Below are positions 26,950-38,613 of a DNA stretch of 64,000 nucleotides, piece by piece. Numbering within the stretch: position 1 is the stretch's first letter; each line of letters opens with the position of its first letter. The stretch lies in contig NZ_JBQDXI010000002.1 in the NCBI RefSeq assembly GCF_052102375.1, positions 4,159 through 68,158 on the forward strand, read 5' to 3'. This stretch comes from Acetobacter sp. Its GTDB lineage: Bacteria; Pseudomonadota; Alphaproteobacteria; Acetobacterales; Acetobacteraceae. Made by a program: the position numbers and the translations under genes. Below the pieces are notes generated by a model that saw nothing but the letters and a program-made list of their open reading frames with translations, made no database searches and was not told where the DNA came from.

Positions 26950-28392
26950 GTGTGGTCGGATGTTGCATCAGACCGCAAAAACGCGTCTCTGACTAGCATG
27001 GTGTCACTTAGTCGCGTTCATCTCACAGCCCTTATTGTCGCTTCCATGCTATTTATGGAGCAACTTGATGGCACCATTCTTTCAACAGCCCTCCCATCCA
27101 TTGCTAACAGTTTACATGTGGATACGGTTGCAACCTCTGTTGCGCTGACTGCATATATTATTGGTTTGGCCATATTTATTCCCGCTTCCGGCGCTTTAGC
27201 AGACAGGCTGGGCAGCCGCACTGTGCTGAGCGGGGCCATTATTATGTTTGTCTTGTGCTCGGTTGCCTGTGCATCCGCGCACAGCCTCACGTTTCTGGCT
27301 TGTATGCGCACATTGCAAGGCATTGGCGGGGCATTAATGGTGCCAGTAGGCCGACTTGTTGTATTACGCAGCACCCCTCGGGAAGAGCTTGTCCGCACCA
27401 TGACGTGGATGATGCTTCCCGCAACACTTGGCCCCCTGCTCGGGCCGGTTGTGGGCGGCTTTATCACCACCTACCTTTCTTGGCGGTGGAATTTTTACCT
27501 TAATATACCGGTTGGTATTATCGGCCTTATTCTGACCCGACGCTTCATTCCAGAAGTCAGAGAGAAACAACCACCGCCGTTTGACCTCAAGGGCATGTTT
27601 CTTGCCGGGGGTGGCCTGGCGCTTCTCTCCCTTGTAGCGGAGCTATTCAGCCATAATGAGGGGACTAAAACCCTCATCCTCACTCTTCTGCTCATGGGTG
27701 CTGGCCTGATGAGCATTTACGGCCTCCATGCCCAACGCATCCGGTCTCCGTTGCTGGACTTCCGCCTTCTGGCCACAGACACCTTCCGCATTTCTGTTAT
27801 CGGGGGTGCTGCATCCCGCATTGCCGTGGGGGCCTTTCCCTTTCTGCTGCCAACCTTCCTACAAATTGGCACTGGCATGACGGCAGCCCAAAGCGGCATG
27901 GTGACTTTTCTGGCCCCTGTTGGCGCTATCGGGATAAGGCCATTTGTGCCTGCCATACTCCGCAAATGGGGGTTCCGGCGGGTTTTGGTCACAAACGGAC
28001 TTTCCGCAGGCATACTGGCAGCACTTTTAGCCCAGTATCACCGCGGACAATCACTCTGGGTTTTGGCAGCTATCCTGCTGGCATCCGGCATGGCACAATC
28101 CGTACAGTTTTCAGCCTATAACACCATTGCCTATGCTGATATTCCTGCAAGCCGCATGAGTGCCGCAACCAGCTTTTATGCCACCATGCAGCAACTGATG
28201 CTCTCTTTGGGCATTTGCATCGCGGCTGGCACCCTGACTCTGACAGGCATCTTGAATGTCCATCCCGAGCCCACGCCACATGACTTTGTCATAGCGTTTC
28301 TGGTGGTTGGGTTTATCTCGTTACTTGCCACCCCGGCAGCGGCTCGGCTCGCGCCAAATGCGGGCGCCGTTTTAACTGGCAAAAAGGCATAA
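26950..28392 (+). CDS. DHA2-type MFS transporter (start may be ATG 26998)
   Basis: MEQLDGTILSTALPSIA, LADRLGSRTV motif A, GPLLGPVVGGFITTYLSWRWNFYLNIPVG motif C. Confidence 0.88.
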   Translation: MWSDVASDRKNASLTSMVSLSRVHLTALIVASMLFMEQLDGTILSTALPSIANSLHVDTVATSVALTAYIIGLAIFIPASGALADRLGSRTVLSGAIIMFVLCSVACASAHSLTFLACMRTLQGIGGALMVPVGRLVVLRSTPREELVRTMTWMMLPATLGPLLGPVVGGFITTYLSWRWNFYLNIPVGIIGLILTRRFIPEVREKQPPPFDLKGMFLAGGGLALLSLVAELFSHNEGTKTLILTLLLMGAGLMSIYGLHAQRIRSPLLDFRLLATDTFRISVIGGAASRIAVGAFPFLLPTFLQIGTGMTAAQSGMVTFLAPVGAIGIRPFVPAILRKWGFRRVLVTNGLSAGILAALLAQYHRGQSLWVLAAILLASGMAQSVQFSAYNTIAYADIPASRMSAATSFYATMQQLMLSLGICIAAGTLTLTGILNVHPEPTPHDFVIAFLVVGFISLLATPAAARLAPNAGAVLTGKKA

Positions 28393-28634
28393 AATCAGCG
28401 CCTTTCTGCTTATTTGCATATGTCATTTTTTATATAAACTCTGTTTTAAGCCCATTGTCCTTGGCCCCCCTCCCAAACTTGGATAGGCTAAACTGCTTTT
28501 CATTCTTGGGAGCTATGCGTTTGTGCTTTTATTTGTTTCTTATTGGCACTGACTCTGGCATAGCTATCTACCTGCCCGGCACGCCGTCAAAAGCCGGTGC
28601 GGCTATTTCGTATGTTTCCAGTCAATAATTTCAG

Positions 28635-29933
28635 GTGAACGACCAAGCGCGCCCTATGGATAACCATACCACGGACCCTCGATCCGATTCACCCCACCCT
28701 CCCCGCACATCTGGCAAGAAAAAACGCCTCATCTGGAGCGGTGTTGCCGTTGCTGGCGTATGCCTTCTGGCCTTTGCTTTCTGGCCACACGGAGCCAAGC
28801 AGACAACAGGCAAGCACCACCGGCATAATGCTGCCACCCAAGCCAGCACTGCCCCCGGAGCCAATGCCGGAGCATCAGACGCACAACCCGTCGCGGTTGA
28901 AGTTGTCCAGCACGGCACCATGCCTGTTGTGCTAACTGAACTTGGCACAGTGGTCCCCATCACCAATGTCACGGTACAAACCCGCGTTGAGGGCTACCTG
29001 ACGGATGTTCTGTTTACGGAAGGGCAGCACGTTCATAAGGGCGACCTTCTGGCCATTATCGACCCACGCCCCTATCAGGTTTTGCTGGACCAGTATGAAG
29101 GCCAGCTAGCGCGCGACAAGGCACAACTGGCGCAGGCCCGCGTCGATAACGGTCGCTACCAGCGCCTTATCAAGCAGGACAGTATTGACGCCAAAACCGC
29201 ACGTGATCAGGAATTTATGGTCGAACAGCTTGAAGGGACTGTAAAGTCTGATCAGGCGCTGGTAGATGCCCAGAAACTTCAGCTTGTTTACTGTCACATT
29301 GTGGCCCCTGTGGATGGCCGCATAGGTATTCGTGCAGTGGATAAAGGCAACTACCTCTCAGCAGGTCAGTCAGGCGGCCTTGCTGTCCTGACACAGATGC
29401 AGCCTATTTCTGTCATTTTCACCCTGCCGCAAGATCAGTTGCCGCAGGTAGCGGAACAGCTCCGCGCTACAGGTTCATTGCCTGTTGAGGCATGGGACAG
29501 CTCCAACACCAAAAAAATTGCAGACGGCACGGTCAGTGTTCTGGATAGCCAGATTGACACCGCTACAGGCACCGTACGCCTGCGCGCCATCTACTCCAAT
29601 ACGGATGAACATCTGTTCCCCAACCAGTTCGTTAATGCACGCCTGCTGGTCAAAACCTTGCAGGATGTCATCCTTGTTCCTGCTGCCTCTCTTCAAACAG
29701 GGCCATCCGGTCAGTTTGTCTATGTGGTGAAGGATGACAACACGGTAGACGTCCGCACTGTCACCATTGGTATTTCCGATGGCACACGCACTGTCGTCAG
29801 CTCCGGCCTTAAAGTTGGTGACCGGGTTGTAACAGACGGCACGGACCATCTGCGCGGTGGGGCTAAAGTCACCATTCCAGCCGCGACCAAAACCGATAAA
29901 ACCGACACCCCAGCAGGCACGTCAGCGCAGTGA
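28635..29933 (+). CDS. mdtA: RND efflux periplasmic adaptor, MdtA-like
   Basis: N-terminal [52 protein letters not shown]. Confidence 0.8.
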   Translation: MNDQARPMDNHTTDPRSDSPHPPRTSGKKKRLIWSGVAVAGVCLLAFAFWPHGAKQTTGKHHRHNAATQASTAPGANAGASDAQPVAVEVVQHGTMPVVLTELGTVVPITNVTVQTRVEGYLTDVLFTEGQHVHKGDLLAIIDPRPYQVLLDQYEGQLARDKAQLAQARVDNGRYQRLIKQDSIDAKTARDQEFMVEQLEGTVKSDQALVDAQKLQLVYCHIVAPVDGRIGIRAVDKGNYLSAGQSGGLAVLTQMQPISVIFTLPQDQLPQVAEQLRATGSLPVEAWDSSNTKKIADGTVSVLDSQIDTATGTVRLRAIYSNTDEHLFPNQFVNARLLVKTLQDVILVPAASLQTGPSGQFVYVVKDDNTVDVRTVTIGISDGTRTVVSSGLKVGDRVVTDGTDHLRGGAKVTIPAATKTDKTDTPAGTSAQ

Positions 29934-32900
29934 ACCCTTCTGCCCTCTTTATCCGCAGGCCGGTAGCCACAACCCTGCTCATGTTTGCCATCCTGATGGC
30001 GGGTTTGCTGGGTTATCATTTTCTGCCCATTTCCGCCCTGCCACAGGTAGATTATCCAACCGTTACGGTTGAGACCTTCTACCCCGGTGCTGGGCCGGAT
30101 GTTATGGCAACATCGGTCACTGCACCGCTGGAAACGCAGTTCGGGCAAATGCCGGGCCTTGACCAGATGACGTCCCGCTCATCTGGTGGCGCCTCGGTCA
30201 TCACCCTGCGTTTCAACCTGACCATGTCCATGGATGTGGCAGAACAGGAAGTACAGGCCGCCATCAATCAGGCAAACTCGCTCCTGCCGAGCGACCTGCC
30301 TGCGCCGCCAATTTACGCCAAGGTAAACCCAGCTGATACCCCCGTATTAACATTGGGCATCACGTCCGCCACCATTCCCCTGCCAGAGGTGGAAGACTAC
30401 GTTGATACGCGACTGGCCCAGAAAATCAGCCAGATTTCTGGCGTCGGCCTTGTCTCTCTGTCAGGCGGCAACCGCAAGGCTATCCGGGTTCAGGTCAATA
30501 TTCCTAAGCTGACCTCCTACGGCATTGATCTGGATACACTGCGGACAACCATTGGCAACGTGAACGTCAATTCCCCCACCGGGACATTTGATGGCGCAAC
30601 CCGTGCGGCGACCCTGCGCGTTGACGGGCAGATTACCTCCATAGACACCCTGCTAAATCAGGTCATTGCGTATCAGAACAGCGGCCCCATTCGCTTGCGG
30701 GATGTTGCCTCTGTGGTGATTGGGGCGGAAAATACCCAACTGGCTGCATGGTCCAACCTGACACCAGCACTGATCATGAACGTCCAGCGTCAGCCGGGTG
30801 CCAACGTGATTGCTGTTGTGGACAACATTAAGGATGCCCTCCCTCAGCTCCGTAAATCGCTCCCTCCGGGTATTGATATCGTCCCCCTGACGGACCGGAC
30901 CACAACCATCCGCGCCTCCGTTGCGGATGTTGAGTTCGAGCTGTTTATGGCGCTGGTTCTGGTTGTTGCTGTTATTTTTGTCTTCCTGCGCAATGTCCCG
31001 GCAACCATCATTCCCAGCCTGTCCGTGCCGCTGTCTATCGTGGGCACACTGGCCATCATGTATCTACTTGGTTTCTCGCTGGATAACCTCTCCCTTATGG
31101 CGCTGACCATCGCAACGGGCTTTGTTGTGGATGATGCCATCGTCATGATCGAGAACATTTCGCGTTATGTCGAAATGGGTGAAGACCGTATGTCCGCCTC
31201 CATCAAAGGGGCTGGGGAAATCGGGTTTACCATTATCTCGCTGACCATCTCTCTTATCGCGGTGCTCATCCCGCTCCTGTTCATGGGCGATGTTGTTGGG
31301 CGGCTGTTCCATGAATTCGCTCTGACACTGTCCGTCACCATTGTTCTGTCAGCCATAGTCTCTCTTACGCTGGTGCCCATGATGTGCGCCCGTATTCTGA
31401 CCGAGCGCCCGCACGATGCCAGCAGCGCAACCACTCGCTTTCAGCGTTGGTCCGCAAAAGTTGAGATTGCGACAGAGAAGCTGATTGCGGCCTATGACCG
31501 GGCGTTGGACGTTGTGCTTGCCTACCGCGTAACAACCCTTCTGGTTGCGGTAGGAACACTGGTTCTGACCGGTGTGCTGGCCTATGTCATACCCAAGGGT
31601 TTCTTCCCGCAGCAGGACACAGGCGTTATTCAGGGTATCTCTGTTGCTGCACAGTCCATCTCTTTTGAGAGCATGAAAACCCATCAGCAGGATCTGGCCA
31701 AAGTTATTCTTAAAGATCCGGATGTCGTGTCCATTTCCTCCTTCGTGGGGGTAGATGGTCAGAACGCAACCCTTAATCAGGGCCGTTTTCTGATCAACCT
31801 GAAAGACCATGACGCCCGCTCCAGCAGCGCTGCCGAGATTGCACGCCGCCTGTCACAGGAAACAGCGCAGGTTACTGGCATCAAGCTCTACATGCAGCCA
31901 GTGCAAGATCTTTCACTGGATACAACGGTTACAGCAACGCAGTACCAGTTCCTGCTTGAGAACCCGGAATATAACGCTTTCAACACATGGGTACCAAAGC
32001 TGCTGGAACGCCTGCGGGCAGAACCTGCGCTTTCTGATGTCACATCGGATCTTCAGGCACAGGGCCTAGTGGCCAAGGTTACGCTCGACCGTACAACAGG
32101 TGCGCGGTATTCCATCACACCGCAAACAATCGACAACGTGTTGTATGACTCTTTTGGCCAGCGTCAGATCTCTACCATCTACACGCAGTCCAACCAGTAC
32201 CGTGTCATTCTGGAAGCAGACCCCCGCTTTCAGAGCAGCCTGTTCTCACTCAACCAGCTTTATCTGCCCGGCATTAGCGGAAACTCGGGCGAGAGTGCAT
32301 CCGGCCCAACGCGTTCTCCAACGTCTGGGCTGGTGCCCCTACCAGCGGTTACAACTGTTACTCATGATACTGCACCGCTACTCATTACCCATTTCGGGCA
32401 GTTTCCAGCCACAACCATTTCGTTCAACCTTGCTCCCGGCTATTCTTTGGGGGACGCAACGGCAGCCATCCGCAAGGTGGAAGAAGAGATCAAACTACCA
32501 GCCTCTTTCCAGACATCCTTTCAGGGGACTGCGGCTGCGTTTGAAGGCTCTCTCAGCAACGAAATCTTCTTGGTCGCGGCAGCACTTATCGCCGTTTATA
32601 TTGTGCTGGGTATTTTGTACGAGAGCTTCATTCACCCTGTTACCATTCTCTCTACCCTGCCCTCTGCTGCCATTGGGGCGCTGTTGACACTGTGGGTTGC
32701 CGGTGCCGGGCTGGATGTCATGGGTATTATCGGCATTGTGCTGCTGATTGGTATTGTGAAGAAAAACGCCATCATGATGATCGACTTCGCGCTGGAAGCG
32801 GAGCGTGAGCATGGCATGGACTCTCTGCAATCCATACGGCAGGCCGCAACACTGCGTTTCCGCCCCATTCTCATGACAACCCTTGCCGCCATGCTGGGGG

Positions 32901-33106
32901 CTGTGCCTATGGTCATTTCACAAGGCACCGGGTCCGAACTGCGTTATCCACTGGGTTTGGCTATTATCGGCGGCCTTGCGCTCTCGCAACTTCTCACCCT
33001 GTTCACCACCCCGGTCATTTACCTCACGCTTGATACGTGGGGTCATCGCTGGGCAACATGGCGGCAGGGCAAACAGACGCATCACCCGGAACAGGCTGCG
33101 CCGTGA
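29930..33106 (+). CDS. mdtB: RND efflux permease, MdtB-like
   Basis: [64 protein letters not shown]; GTGA overlap with mdtA. Confidence 0.85.
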   Translation: MNPSALFIRRPVATTLLMFAILMAGLLGYHFLPISALPQVDYPTVTVETFYPGAGPDVMATSVTAPLETQFGQMPGLDQMTSRSSGGASVITLRFNLTMSMDVAEQEVQAAINQANSLLPSDLPAPPIYAKVNPADTPVLTLGITSATIPLPEVEDYVDTRLAQKISQISGVGLVSLSGGNRKAIRVQVNIPKLTSYGIDLDTLRTTIGNVNVNSPTGTFDGATRAATLRVDGQITSIDTLLNQVIAYQNSGPIRLRDVASVVIGAENTQLAAWSNLTPALIMNVQRQPGANVIAVVDNIKDALPQLRKSLPPGIDIVPLTDRTTTIRASVADVEFELFMALVLVVAVIFVFLRNVPATIIPSLSVPLSIVGTLAIMYLLGFSLDNLSLMALTIATGFVVDDAIVMIENISRYVEMGEDRMSASIKGAGEIGFTIISLTISLIAVLIPLLFMGDVVGRLFHEFALTLSVTIVLSAIVSLTLVPMMCARILTERPHDASSATTRFQRWSAKVEIATEKLIAAYDRALDVVLAYRVTTLLVAVGTLVLTGVLAYVIPKGFFPQQDTGVIQGISVAAQSISFESMKTHQQDLAKVILKDPDVVSISSFVGVDGQNATLNQGRFLINLKDHDARSSSAAEIARRLSQETAQVTGIKLYMQPVQDLSLDTTVTATQYQFLLENPEYNAFNTWVPKLLERLRAEPALSDVTSDLQAQGLVAKVTLDRTTGARYSITPQTIDNVLYDSFGQRQISTIYTQSNQYRVILEADPRFQSSLFSLNQLYLPGISGNSGESASGPTRSPTSGLVPLPAVTTVTHDTAPLLITHFGQFPATTISFNLAPGYSLGDATAAIRKVEEEIKLPASFQTSFQGTAAAFEGSLSNEIFLVAAALIAVYIVLGILYESFIHPVTILSTLPSAAIGALLTLWVAGAGLDVMGIIGIVLLIGIVKKNAIMMIDFALEAEREHGMDSLQSIRQAATLRFRPILMTTLAAMLGAVPMVISQGTGSELRYPLGLAIIGGLALSQLLTLFTTPVIYLTLDTWGHRWATWRQGKQTHHPEQAAP

Positions 33107-36100
33107 ACATAAGCCGGATCTTTATTGACCGGCCAGTTGCCACGACGCTCATGACTGTGGCGTTACTGCTGGCAGGCTTGATGGGATATAGAAGCCTGCC
33201 CGTAGCGGACCTGCCGAATGTCGATTTTCCGGTCATTCAGGTGCAGGCCCGCCAACCTGGTGGCTCTCCAGAGGAAATAGCCAGCGCCGTAGCCGGACCA
33301 CTGGAGCGGCATCTGGGCCAGATTGCAGACCTCACGGAAATGACGTCTCAATCCTCCCAGAACACCACGCGCATTACACTACAATTTGCCTTATCTCGGG
33401 ATATTAACGGTGCCGCGCGCGATGTTGAGGCTGCTCTTCAGGCTGCTCATGCAGACCTCCCGACATCTCTGCGCCAGAACCCCAGCTATTCCAAAGCAAA
33501 CCCCAACGGTGCGCCTGTGCTTATTCTGGCGCTTACGTCAGATACCCATACGCAGCCCCAGCTTTACGATTACGCAACCAATGTTCTGGTGCAGCAGCTT
33601 TCACAAATCCGGGGTGTGGGTCAGGTTGAAATTGGCGGCAGCTCACTTCCCGCAGTACGCGTGGAAATCAACCCGCTGCCGCTCTTCCGGTACGGGATCG
33701 GGTTTGAGGATATTCGTGCAGCTCTGGCGTCTGCCAATGCACACACGCCCAAAGGGATTATTGACCAGAACGGCTACCGCTTTACGCTGGATACCAACGA
33801 TCAGGCGCGGGACGCACAATCCTACCGTGACCTGATTATTGCGTGGCGCAACAACCGCCCTGTCAGGCTATCCGATGTCGCACGGGTAGATGATAGCGTT
33901 GAAGACCTACACAACGCCGGTTTTTTTAATAATTCCCGCTCTGTCATTGGCATCGTGTTCCCGCAAGCCGGGGCCAATGTTATTCAGACCGTGGATGAAA
34001 TTAACGCCAAATTACCGCTCCTGCGCTCAGCTTTACCCGGAGGCGTTGACCTGCATATTGGGCTGGACAGGTCTCTGACCATCCGTGCCTCTTTGGCAGA
34101 TACACAACTCACCCTCATTATCTCGGTTGTGCTGGTTATTCTTGTTGTGCTGGTCTTCCTGCACTCTATCCGTATGACGCTTATTCCAGCCATTGTTGTC
34201 CCAACGTCTATTGTCGCGACATTCGGCGCTATGAAGCTTCTGGGGTATTCGCTAGATAACATGTCCCTCATGGCGCTCACCGTCTCAACCGGTTTTGTGG
34301 TTGATGATGCCATTGTGGTTGTGGAAAATATTGCGCGTTATATTGAAGAAGGCCTGTCCCCCAGAGATGCCGCTTTGAAGGGAAGTCAGGAAGTTGCCTT
34401 TACGGTTATTTCCATTTCCATTTCGCTCATTGCAGTTTTTCTTCCCATTCTGCTGTTGGGCGGTTTGGCTGGTCGGCTTTTTCATGAATTTGCCATGACT
34501 GTGTCTATCACCATTCTTATTTCAATGGTGCTTTCCCTGACACTTACCCCAATGATGGCAGCGCAAATCCTTAAATCAACACCGCCGGAACACCGCAGAA
34601 AATATAGCTTTCTTTCCAAAATATCCGCTGGCATCACCCGTTTTCTGGATAATGTTCAGGAGCAATACACCCGCTCTTTGGATGTTGCCTTGCGGCACTA
34701 TTGGTTGGTGCTTCTGTCACTACCAGTAACACTTGTTATGATCGTCGCGTTATTTGTGCAGATGCCAAAAGGCTTTTTCCCAACAGAAGACACGGGAATG
34801 TTGATGGGCCATTTACGTGGCGACCAAGGCATTTCCTTTAAAGCCCTGTCAAAAAAGCTTACGCAGGTACAAAACATTATCAAAAGCGACCCGGATGTAA
34901 AAAGTGTTGCGAGCTTTATGGGCGGACGCGGTTCTTCCAACTCTGCCAATATGTTTTTACAACTCAAGGACAAATCAGAACGTCACGATACGCCAACCGA
35001 GTTGATTGCGCGCATTGAAAGCAAATTCACCTCTATGGTCGGCGCTCAGTTTTTCCTGATGCAGCCCGGTGCGGTCCGTGCCGGAGCACGCCAAAGCAGC
35101 GCCTCTTACCAGTACACGCTGGAAGGAGAAGATGCCTCAGAGGTGTATTCATGGACCAGCAAACTGCAGGCCGAGTTGCAAAAACATAAGGAATTGACGG
35201 AAGTTACCTCCGATGTTGAGCAAGGCGGCTCCGCCATCAGTGTCATGATTAGTCGTGACACGGCAGCGCGTGTGAATGTTACCCCGCAAATGCTGTCCAA
35301 CACGCTTTATGATGCGTTTGGTCAGCGTGCGGCCTCTGTCATTTATAATCCGCTCAACCAGTATCGCGTTGTCATGGAAGCTGACCCCGCCTTCTGGTCT
35401 TCTCCCAATGACCTGCATCAGGTTTGGGTTAGTGTTTCCGGCGGCTCCGCTGGTGGGGGAACGCGCGCCAACACCATCCGCGTACGCAACACCAAAGGGC
35501 GGGATTCAGCCGGGAACAATGTTGCATCCAGCCTGAGCACACAATCTTTCAAGAACCAGATTGCCAATGCATTGGCCGGTGGTAGCGGAGCATCCAATGG
35601 TTCTGCCGTCTCTACGTCCTCTTCCTCCGTCGTCCCTCTGACTTTTATATCGCAACTTAAACAGACCAAAACGCCCCTCTCGGTTAATCACCAGGGGCAA
35701 TCTGTCGCCTCTACAATCTCGTTCAATCTAGCTCAGAACGTCTCTCTAGGCGCTGCTACGCAAAGTATCGAAGCCGCACAGGTTGCACTGCACATGCCCC
35801 CCACCATCCATGGCAGTTTTGCTGGCAACGCGGCACAGTTCCAGAAAACCGTTAACGATGAGCCTCTGCTGATTCTGGCCGCCCTAGTAGCCGTCTATGT
35901 GGTGCTGGGCGTACTCTATGAAAGCTATGCTCACCCCCTTACCATCCTTTCCACCTTGCCCTCCGCAGGTGTAGGAGCTCTTCTGGCACTCCAGATTGCG
36001 GGCGAAGAATTTTCACTCATTGCCATGATCGGCGTTATTCTTCTGATTGGCATTGTAAAGAAAAATGCAATCATGCTCGTAGATTTTGCTATTGCGGCAG

Positions 36101-36405
36101 AGCGCGAGCAGAACCTTTCGTCGTTGGAAGCCATTCGGACCGCGTGCCTGCTGCGTTTCCGCCCGATTATGATGACTTCCCTTGCCGCGGCCCTCGGGGC
36201 CGCACCGCTTATTGTCGCCAATGGCTATGGCGCTGAGCTGCGCCGCCCTCTGGGTATTGCGATTGTTGGCGGACTTGTCGTCAGCCAAGCGCTGACACTT
36301 TACACAACGCCTGTTATTTATTTGCTGATAGACGGCCTGCGCCTGCGTATAGAACAGGGTAGACTGTGGCGCCTTCCTTTTTCCCGTAACCTGCAAGATA
36401 CCTGA
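33103..36405 (+). CDS. mdtC: RND efflux permease, MdtC-like, with long Gly/Ser-rich insertion
   Basis: (M)[15 protein letters not shown] from GTG 33103 overlapping the mdtB stop; [38 protein letters not shown]. Confidence 0.85.
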   Translation: MNISRIFIDRPVATTLMTVALLLAGLMGYRSLPVADLPNVDFPVIQVQARQPGGSPEEIASAVAGPLERHLGQIADLTEMTSQSSQNTTRITLQFALSRDINGAARDVEAALQAAHADLPTSLRQNPSYSKANPNGAPVLILALTSDTHTQPQLYDYATNVLVQQLSQIRGVGQVEIGGSSLPAVRVEINPLPLFRYGIGFEDIRAALASANAHTPKGIIDQNGYRFTLDTNDQARDAQSYRDLIIAWRNNRPVRLSDVARVDDSVEDLHNAGFFNNSRSVIGIVFPQAGANVIQTVDEINAKLPLLRSALPGGVDLHIGLDRSLTIRASLADTQLTLIISVVLVILVVLVFLHSIRMTLIPAIVVPTSIVATFGAMKLLGYSLDNMSLMALTVSTGFVVDDAIVVVENIARYIEEGLSPRDAALKGSQEVAFTVISISISLIAVFLPILLLGGLAGRLFHEFAMTVSITILISMVLSLTLTPMMAAQILKSTPPEHRRKYSFLSKISAGITRFLDNVQEQYTRSLDVALRHYWLVLLSLPVTLVMIVALFVQMPKGFFPTEDTGMLMGHLRGDQGISFKALSKKLTQVQNIIKSDPDVKSVASFMGGRGSSNSANMFLQLKDKSERHDTPTELIARIESKFTSMVGAQFFLMQPGAVRAGARQSSASYQYTLEGEDASEVYSWTSKLQAELQKHKELTEVTSDVEQGGSAISVMISRDTAARVNVTPQMLSNTLYDAFGQRAASVIYNPLNQYRVVMEADPAFWSSPNDLHQVWVSVSGGSAGGGTRANTIRVRNTKGRDSAGNNVASSLSTQSFKNQIANALAGGSGASNGSAVSTSSSSVVPLTFISQLKQTKTPLSVNHQGQSVASTISFNLAQNVSLGAATQSIEAAQVALHMPPTIHGSFAGNAAQFQKTVNDEPLLILAALVAVYVVLGVLYESYAHPLTILSTLPSAGVGALLALQIAGEEFSLIAMIGVILLIGIVKKNAIMLVDFAIAAEREQNLSSLEAIRTACLLRFRPIMMTSLAAALGAAPLIVANGYGAELRRPLGIAIVGGLVVSQALTLYTTPVIYLLIDGLRLRIEQGRLWRLPFSRNLQDT

Positions 36406-36415
36406 AATACCGCCG

Positions 36416-37987
36416 ATGAAGCTTTCTCCTTTCCGTCCGCTCTCACGCCGTTTGGGTATCCTGCTGGCACCGCTGGTTTTTACCGGCTGTATGGTTGGAC
36501 CATCTTACAAACGCCCTACACCCATCGTATCCTCAAAATTCAAGGAACTGCGCCCTGCCCCCGGCTGGAACTACGCCAACCCGGCTTTGGCTGAACTTCC
36601 TAAAGGCACATGGTGGACCATTTATAATGACCCCGTGCTGAACCAGCTTGAAGCTCAGGTTGAACTGAACAACCAGAATGTGAAGGAATATGAGTCCCGC
36701 TACCGCGCAGCACGGGCCAGCATTAATTCCATCCGCGCGCAGCTTTACCCTACCCTGAGCGGGTCTCTCACTTTTAACCGGCAAAGTGCAGGGCGTGGCT
36801 CCCGCTCCTCTGGTACAGTTGTCAGCAACGGTGGCACGACAGACGTCGGTGGGGCAGCGCCGTCTAATAGTACAGCAAATACGTATGGGATGGGGCCTAG
36901 TGCCTCCTGGGACCTTGATCTCTGGGGCAAAATCCGCAGGCAGATTCAGGCTCAGGTTACGGAAACACAGGCAAGTGCGGCTGACTTAGCCAATGCCAAA
37001 CTGTCCTATCAGGCCCAGTTGGCAACCGCTTATTTCAACATGCGGTATCAGGACAGCCTGCATGACCTGCTGCAACGCAACGTAAAGTTCTACGAACGCT
37101 CTTACGATATCACCCGTAACCAGTATGAAGCTGGCACAGCGGACCCTACAACTCTGCTGCAAGCCAAAACCCAGCTTGAACAGACCCGCGCTCAGGCAAC
37201 AGCTACTCAGGTTAGCCGGGCACAGTATGAGCATGCTGTTGCCATTCTGATTGGTAAGGCCCCGGCAGACGAGTCGATTGCTCCCGGCGCACTCCCTCGG
37301 GATATTCCCGCCATTCCGGTCTCCGTGCCAGCTCAACTGCTTGAAAGACGGCCGGATGTAGCCGCTGCAGAACGACGTATGGAAGAATATAACGCTCAGA
37401 TTGGTGCTGCCATTGCCGCGTTTTATCCAGAAGTTAAGCTAAGTGCTTCTTACTCTTACAGTGGCGACCCGGTAGGTACATTGGTACAGGTTGCAAACCG
37501 TATCTGGTCACTTGGGGCTTCTGCAACTGAGACACTTTTTGCGGGTGGCAGCCGTACAGCCGCCGTGCATCAAGCTGACGCGAACTATGACCTGTACGTG
37601 GCCACCTACCGCCAGACAGTACTGACTGCATTACAAGGAGTGGAAGATCAGCTCTCAAACCTGCGTATTCTTGCACAGCAGGCAGACGAACAGAAAGTGG
37701 CGTTAGAGGCTGCTAACAAAGCCGTTACTGTTGCCCTGAACCAATATATGGCTGGCACCCAGATTTATACGACGGTCATTACGTCTGAAGTAACAGCTCT
37801 TTCAAATGCCCAGACGGCACTCCAAATTCAGCAAAGCCGCGTTTTGGATTCAGTGGCACTTATCCAGAACCTTGGTGGCGGTTGGGATATCACCACTCTG
37901 CCAAGCAAAAATTCCATGCAGAAAGATAACCCCTTCCTGCCAAGCTTTATCCAAAAAGATAAAAACTTTCTGCCCAGCAACCGCTGA
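36416..37987 (+). CDS. NodT/OprM family outer-membrane efflux lipoprotein
   Basis: Lipobox FTG-C MVGP, WWTIYNDPVLNQL, SWDLDLWGKIRR, QLLERRPDVAAAER, LIQNLGGGW. Confidence 0.92.
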   Translation: MKLSPFRPLSRRLGILLAPLVFTGCMVGPSYKRPTPIVSSKFKELRPAPGWNYANPALAELPKGTWWTIYNDPVLNQLEAQVELNNQNVKEYESRYRAARASINSIRAQLYPTLSGSLTFNRQSAGRGSRSSGTVVSNGGTTDVGGAAPSNSTANTYGMGPSASWDLDLWGKIRRQIQAQVTETQASAADLANAKLSYQAQLATAYFNMRYQDSLHDLLQRNVKFYERSYDITRNQYEAGTADPTTLLQAKTQLEQTRAQATATQVSRAQYEHAVAILIGKAPADESIAPGALPRDIPAIPVSVPAQLLERRPDVAAAERRMEEYNAQIGAAIAAFYPEVKLSASYSYSGDPVGTLVQVANRIWSLGASATETLFAGGSRTAAVHQADANYDLYVATYRQTVLTALQGVEDQLSNLRILAQQADEQKVALEAANKAVTVALNQYMAGTQIYTTVITSEVTALSNAQTALQIQQSRVLDSVALIQNLGGGWDITTLPSKNSMQKDNPFLPSFIQKDKNFLPSNR

Positions 37988-38008
37988 AGTTAGACGTTAT
38001 CCGTACGC

Positions 38009-38047
38009 AAAAAAGCCTCTCCCACTTTCATGGGAGAGGCTTTTTTT
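38009..38047. terminator. Bidirectional intrinsic terminator after the RND operon
   Basis: AAAAAAGCCTCTCCCA-ctttca-TGGGAGAGGCTTTTTT 16-bp inverted repeat. Confidence 0.92.
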
Positions 38048-38075
38048 ATGACGCTTGTTCAAAAAGAACGCAGCA

Positions 38076-38252
38076 TCATCTCATAATGGTGCGACCTGCC
38101 AAAAGCGCCACAACCAGAAACACAACAAACAGGACAATGGCGATAAAGAACAGGATTTTTGCCATACCGGCGGCTGCATCGGAAATGCCACCAAATCCGA
38201 ACAACGCGGCGATGATAGAAATCACCAAAAAGAAAAGAGCCATTTTCAGCAT
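38076..38252 (-). CDS. DUF1328/UPF0391 small membrane protein (58 aa, absent from the ORF track)
   Basis: Manual translation [58 protein letters not shown]; matches the family pattern ([17 protein letters not shown]). Confidence 0.88.
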   Translation of the reverse strand: MLKMALFFLVISIIAALFGFGGISDAAAGMAKILFFIAIVLFVVFLVVALLAGRTIMR

Positions 38253-38286
38253 AAGAGTACGTCCTTAAAAAAGAGCTGTTACTAGA

Positions 38287-38529
38287 TTAAAGTTTGCGTT
38301 TTAGAACAGCACCAAGCAGAAAACTTGCAGCCCCCGCCACGCCAACAGCGAGGAGTGGTTGGTCAACAATTGTGTCTCGCACCGCATCCAGTGCCGTGCA
38401 GCTTTTAACGCCGCTCACAAAGTCATCCGTTGCAGTATCGGCTTTATCAAACAGCTTGTCCGCACCGTCTTGCAGGCGGCCTACACCGTCTTCCAGTTTG
38501 TGCTGAATGTCATCTGCCTTGTCACTCAT
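38287..38529 (-). CDS. Small ElaB/YqjD (DUF883)-like tail-anchored protein
   Basis: 80 aa, acidic helical N-terminus, C-terminal QPLLAVGVAGAASFLLGAVLKRK TM; GGAG RBS. Confidence 0.65.
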   Translation of the reverse strand: MSDKADDIQHKLEDGVGRLQDGADKLFDKADTATDDFVSGVKSCTALDAVRDTIVDQPLLAVGVAGAASFLLGAVLKRKL

Positions 38530-38613
38530 TACGCCTACTCCCTTCTAATAACTTCTTCTAACGCAGCATTTTGCGCTGGGATGCGTGGTCGCATCAAATT
38601 TTTGATAAAATAC

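Noticed and set aside
38086-38268. 60-aa plus-strand ORF in the track
   Set aside because: The real gene is the minus-strand DUF1328 protein at 38076-38252.
38530-38613. EcfG (general stress sigma) promoter upstream of the ElaB-like gene, and similarly upstream of csbD
   Set aside because: Best match is GCATC-N16-CGTT (3/5 at -35); the csbD region has wrong spacing. Too weak to call.
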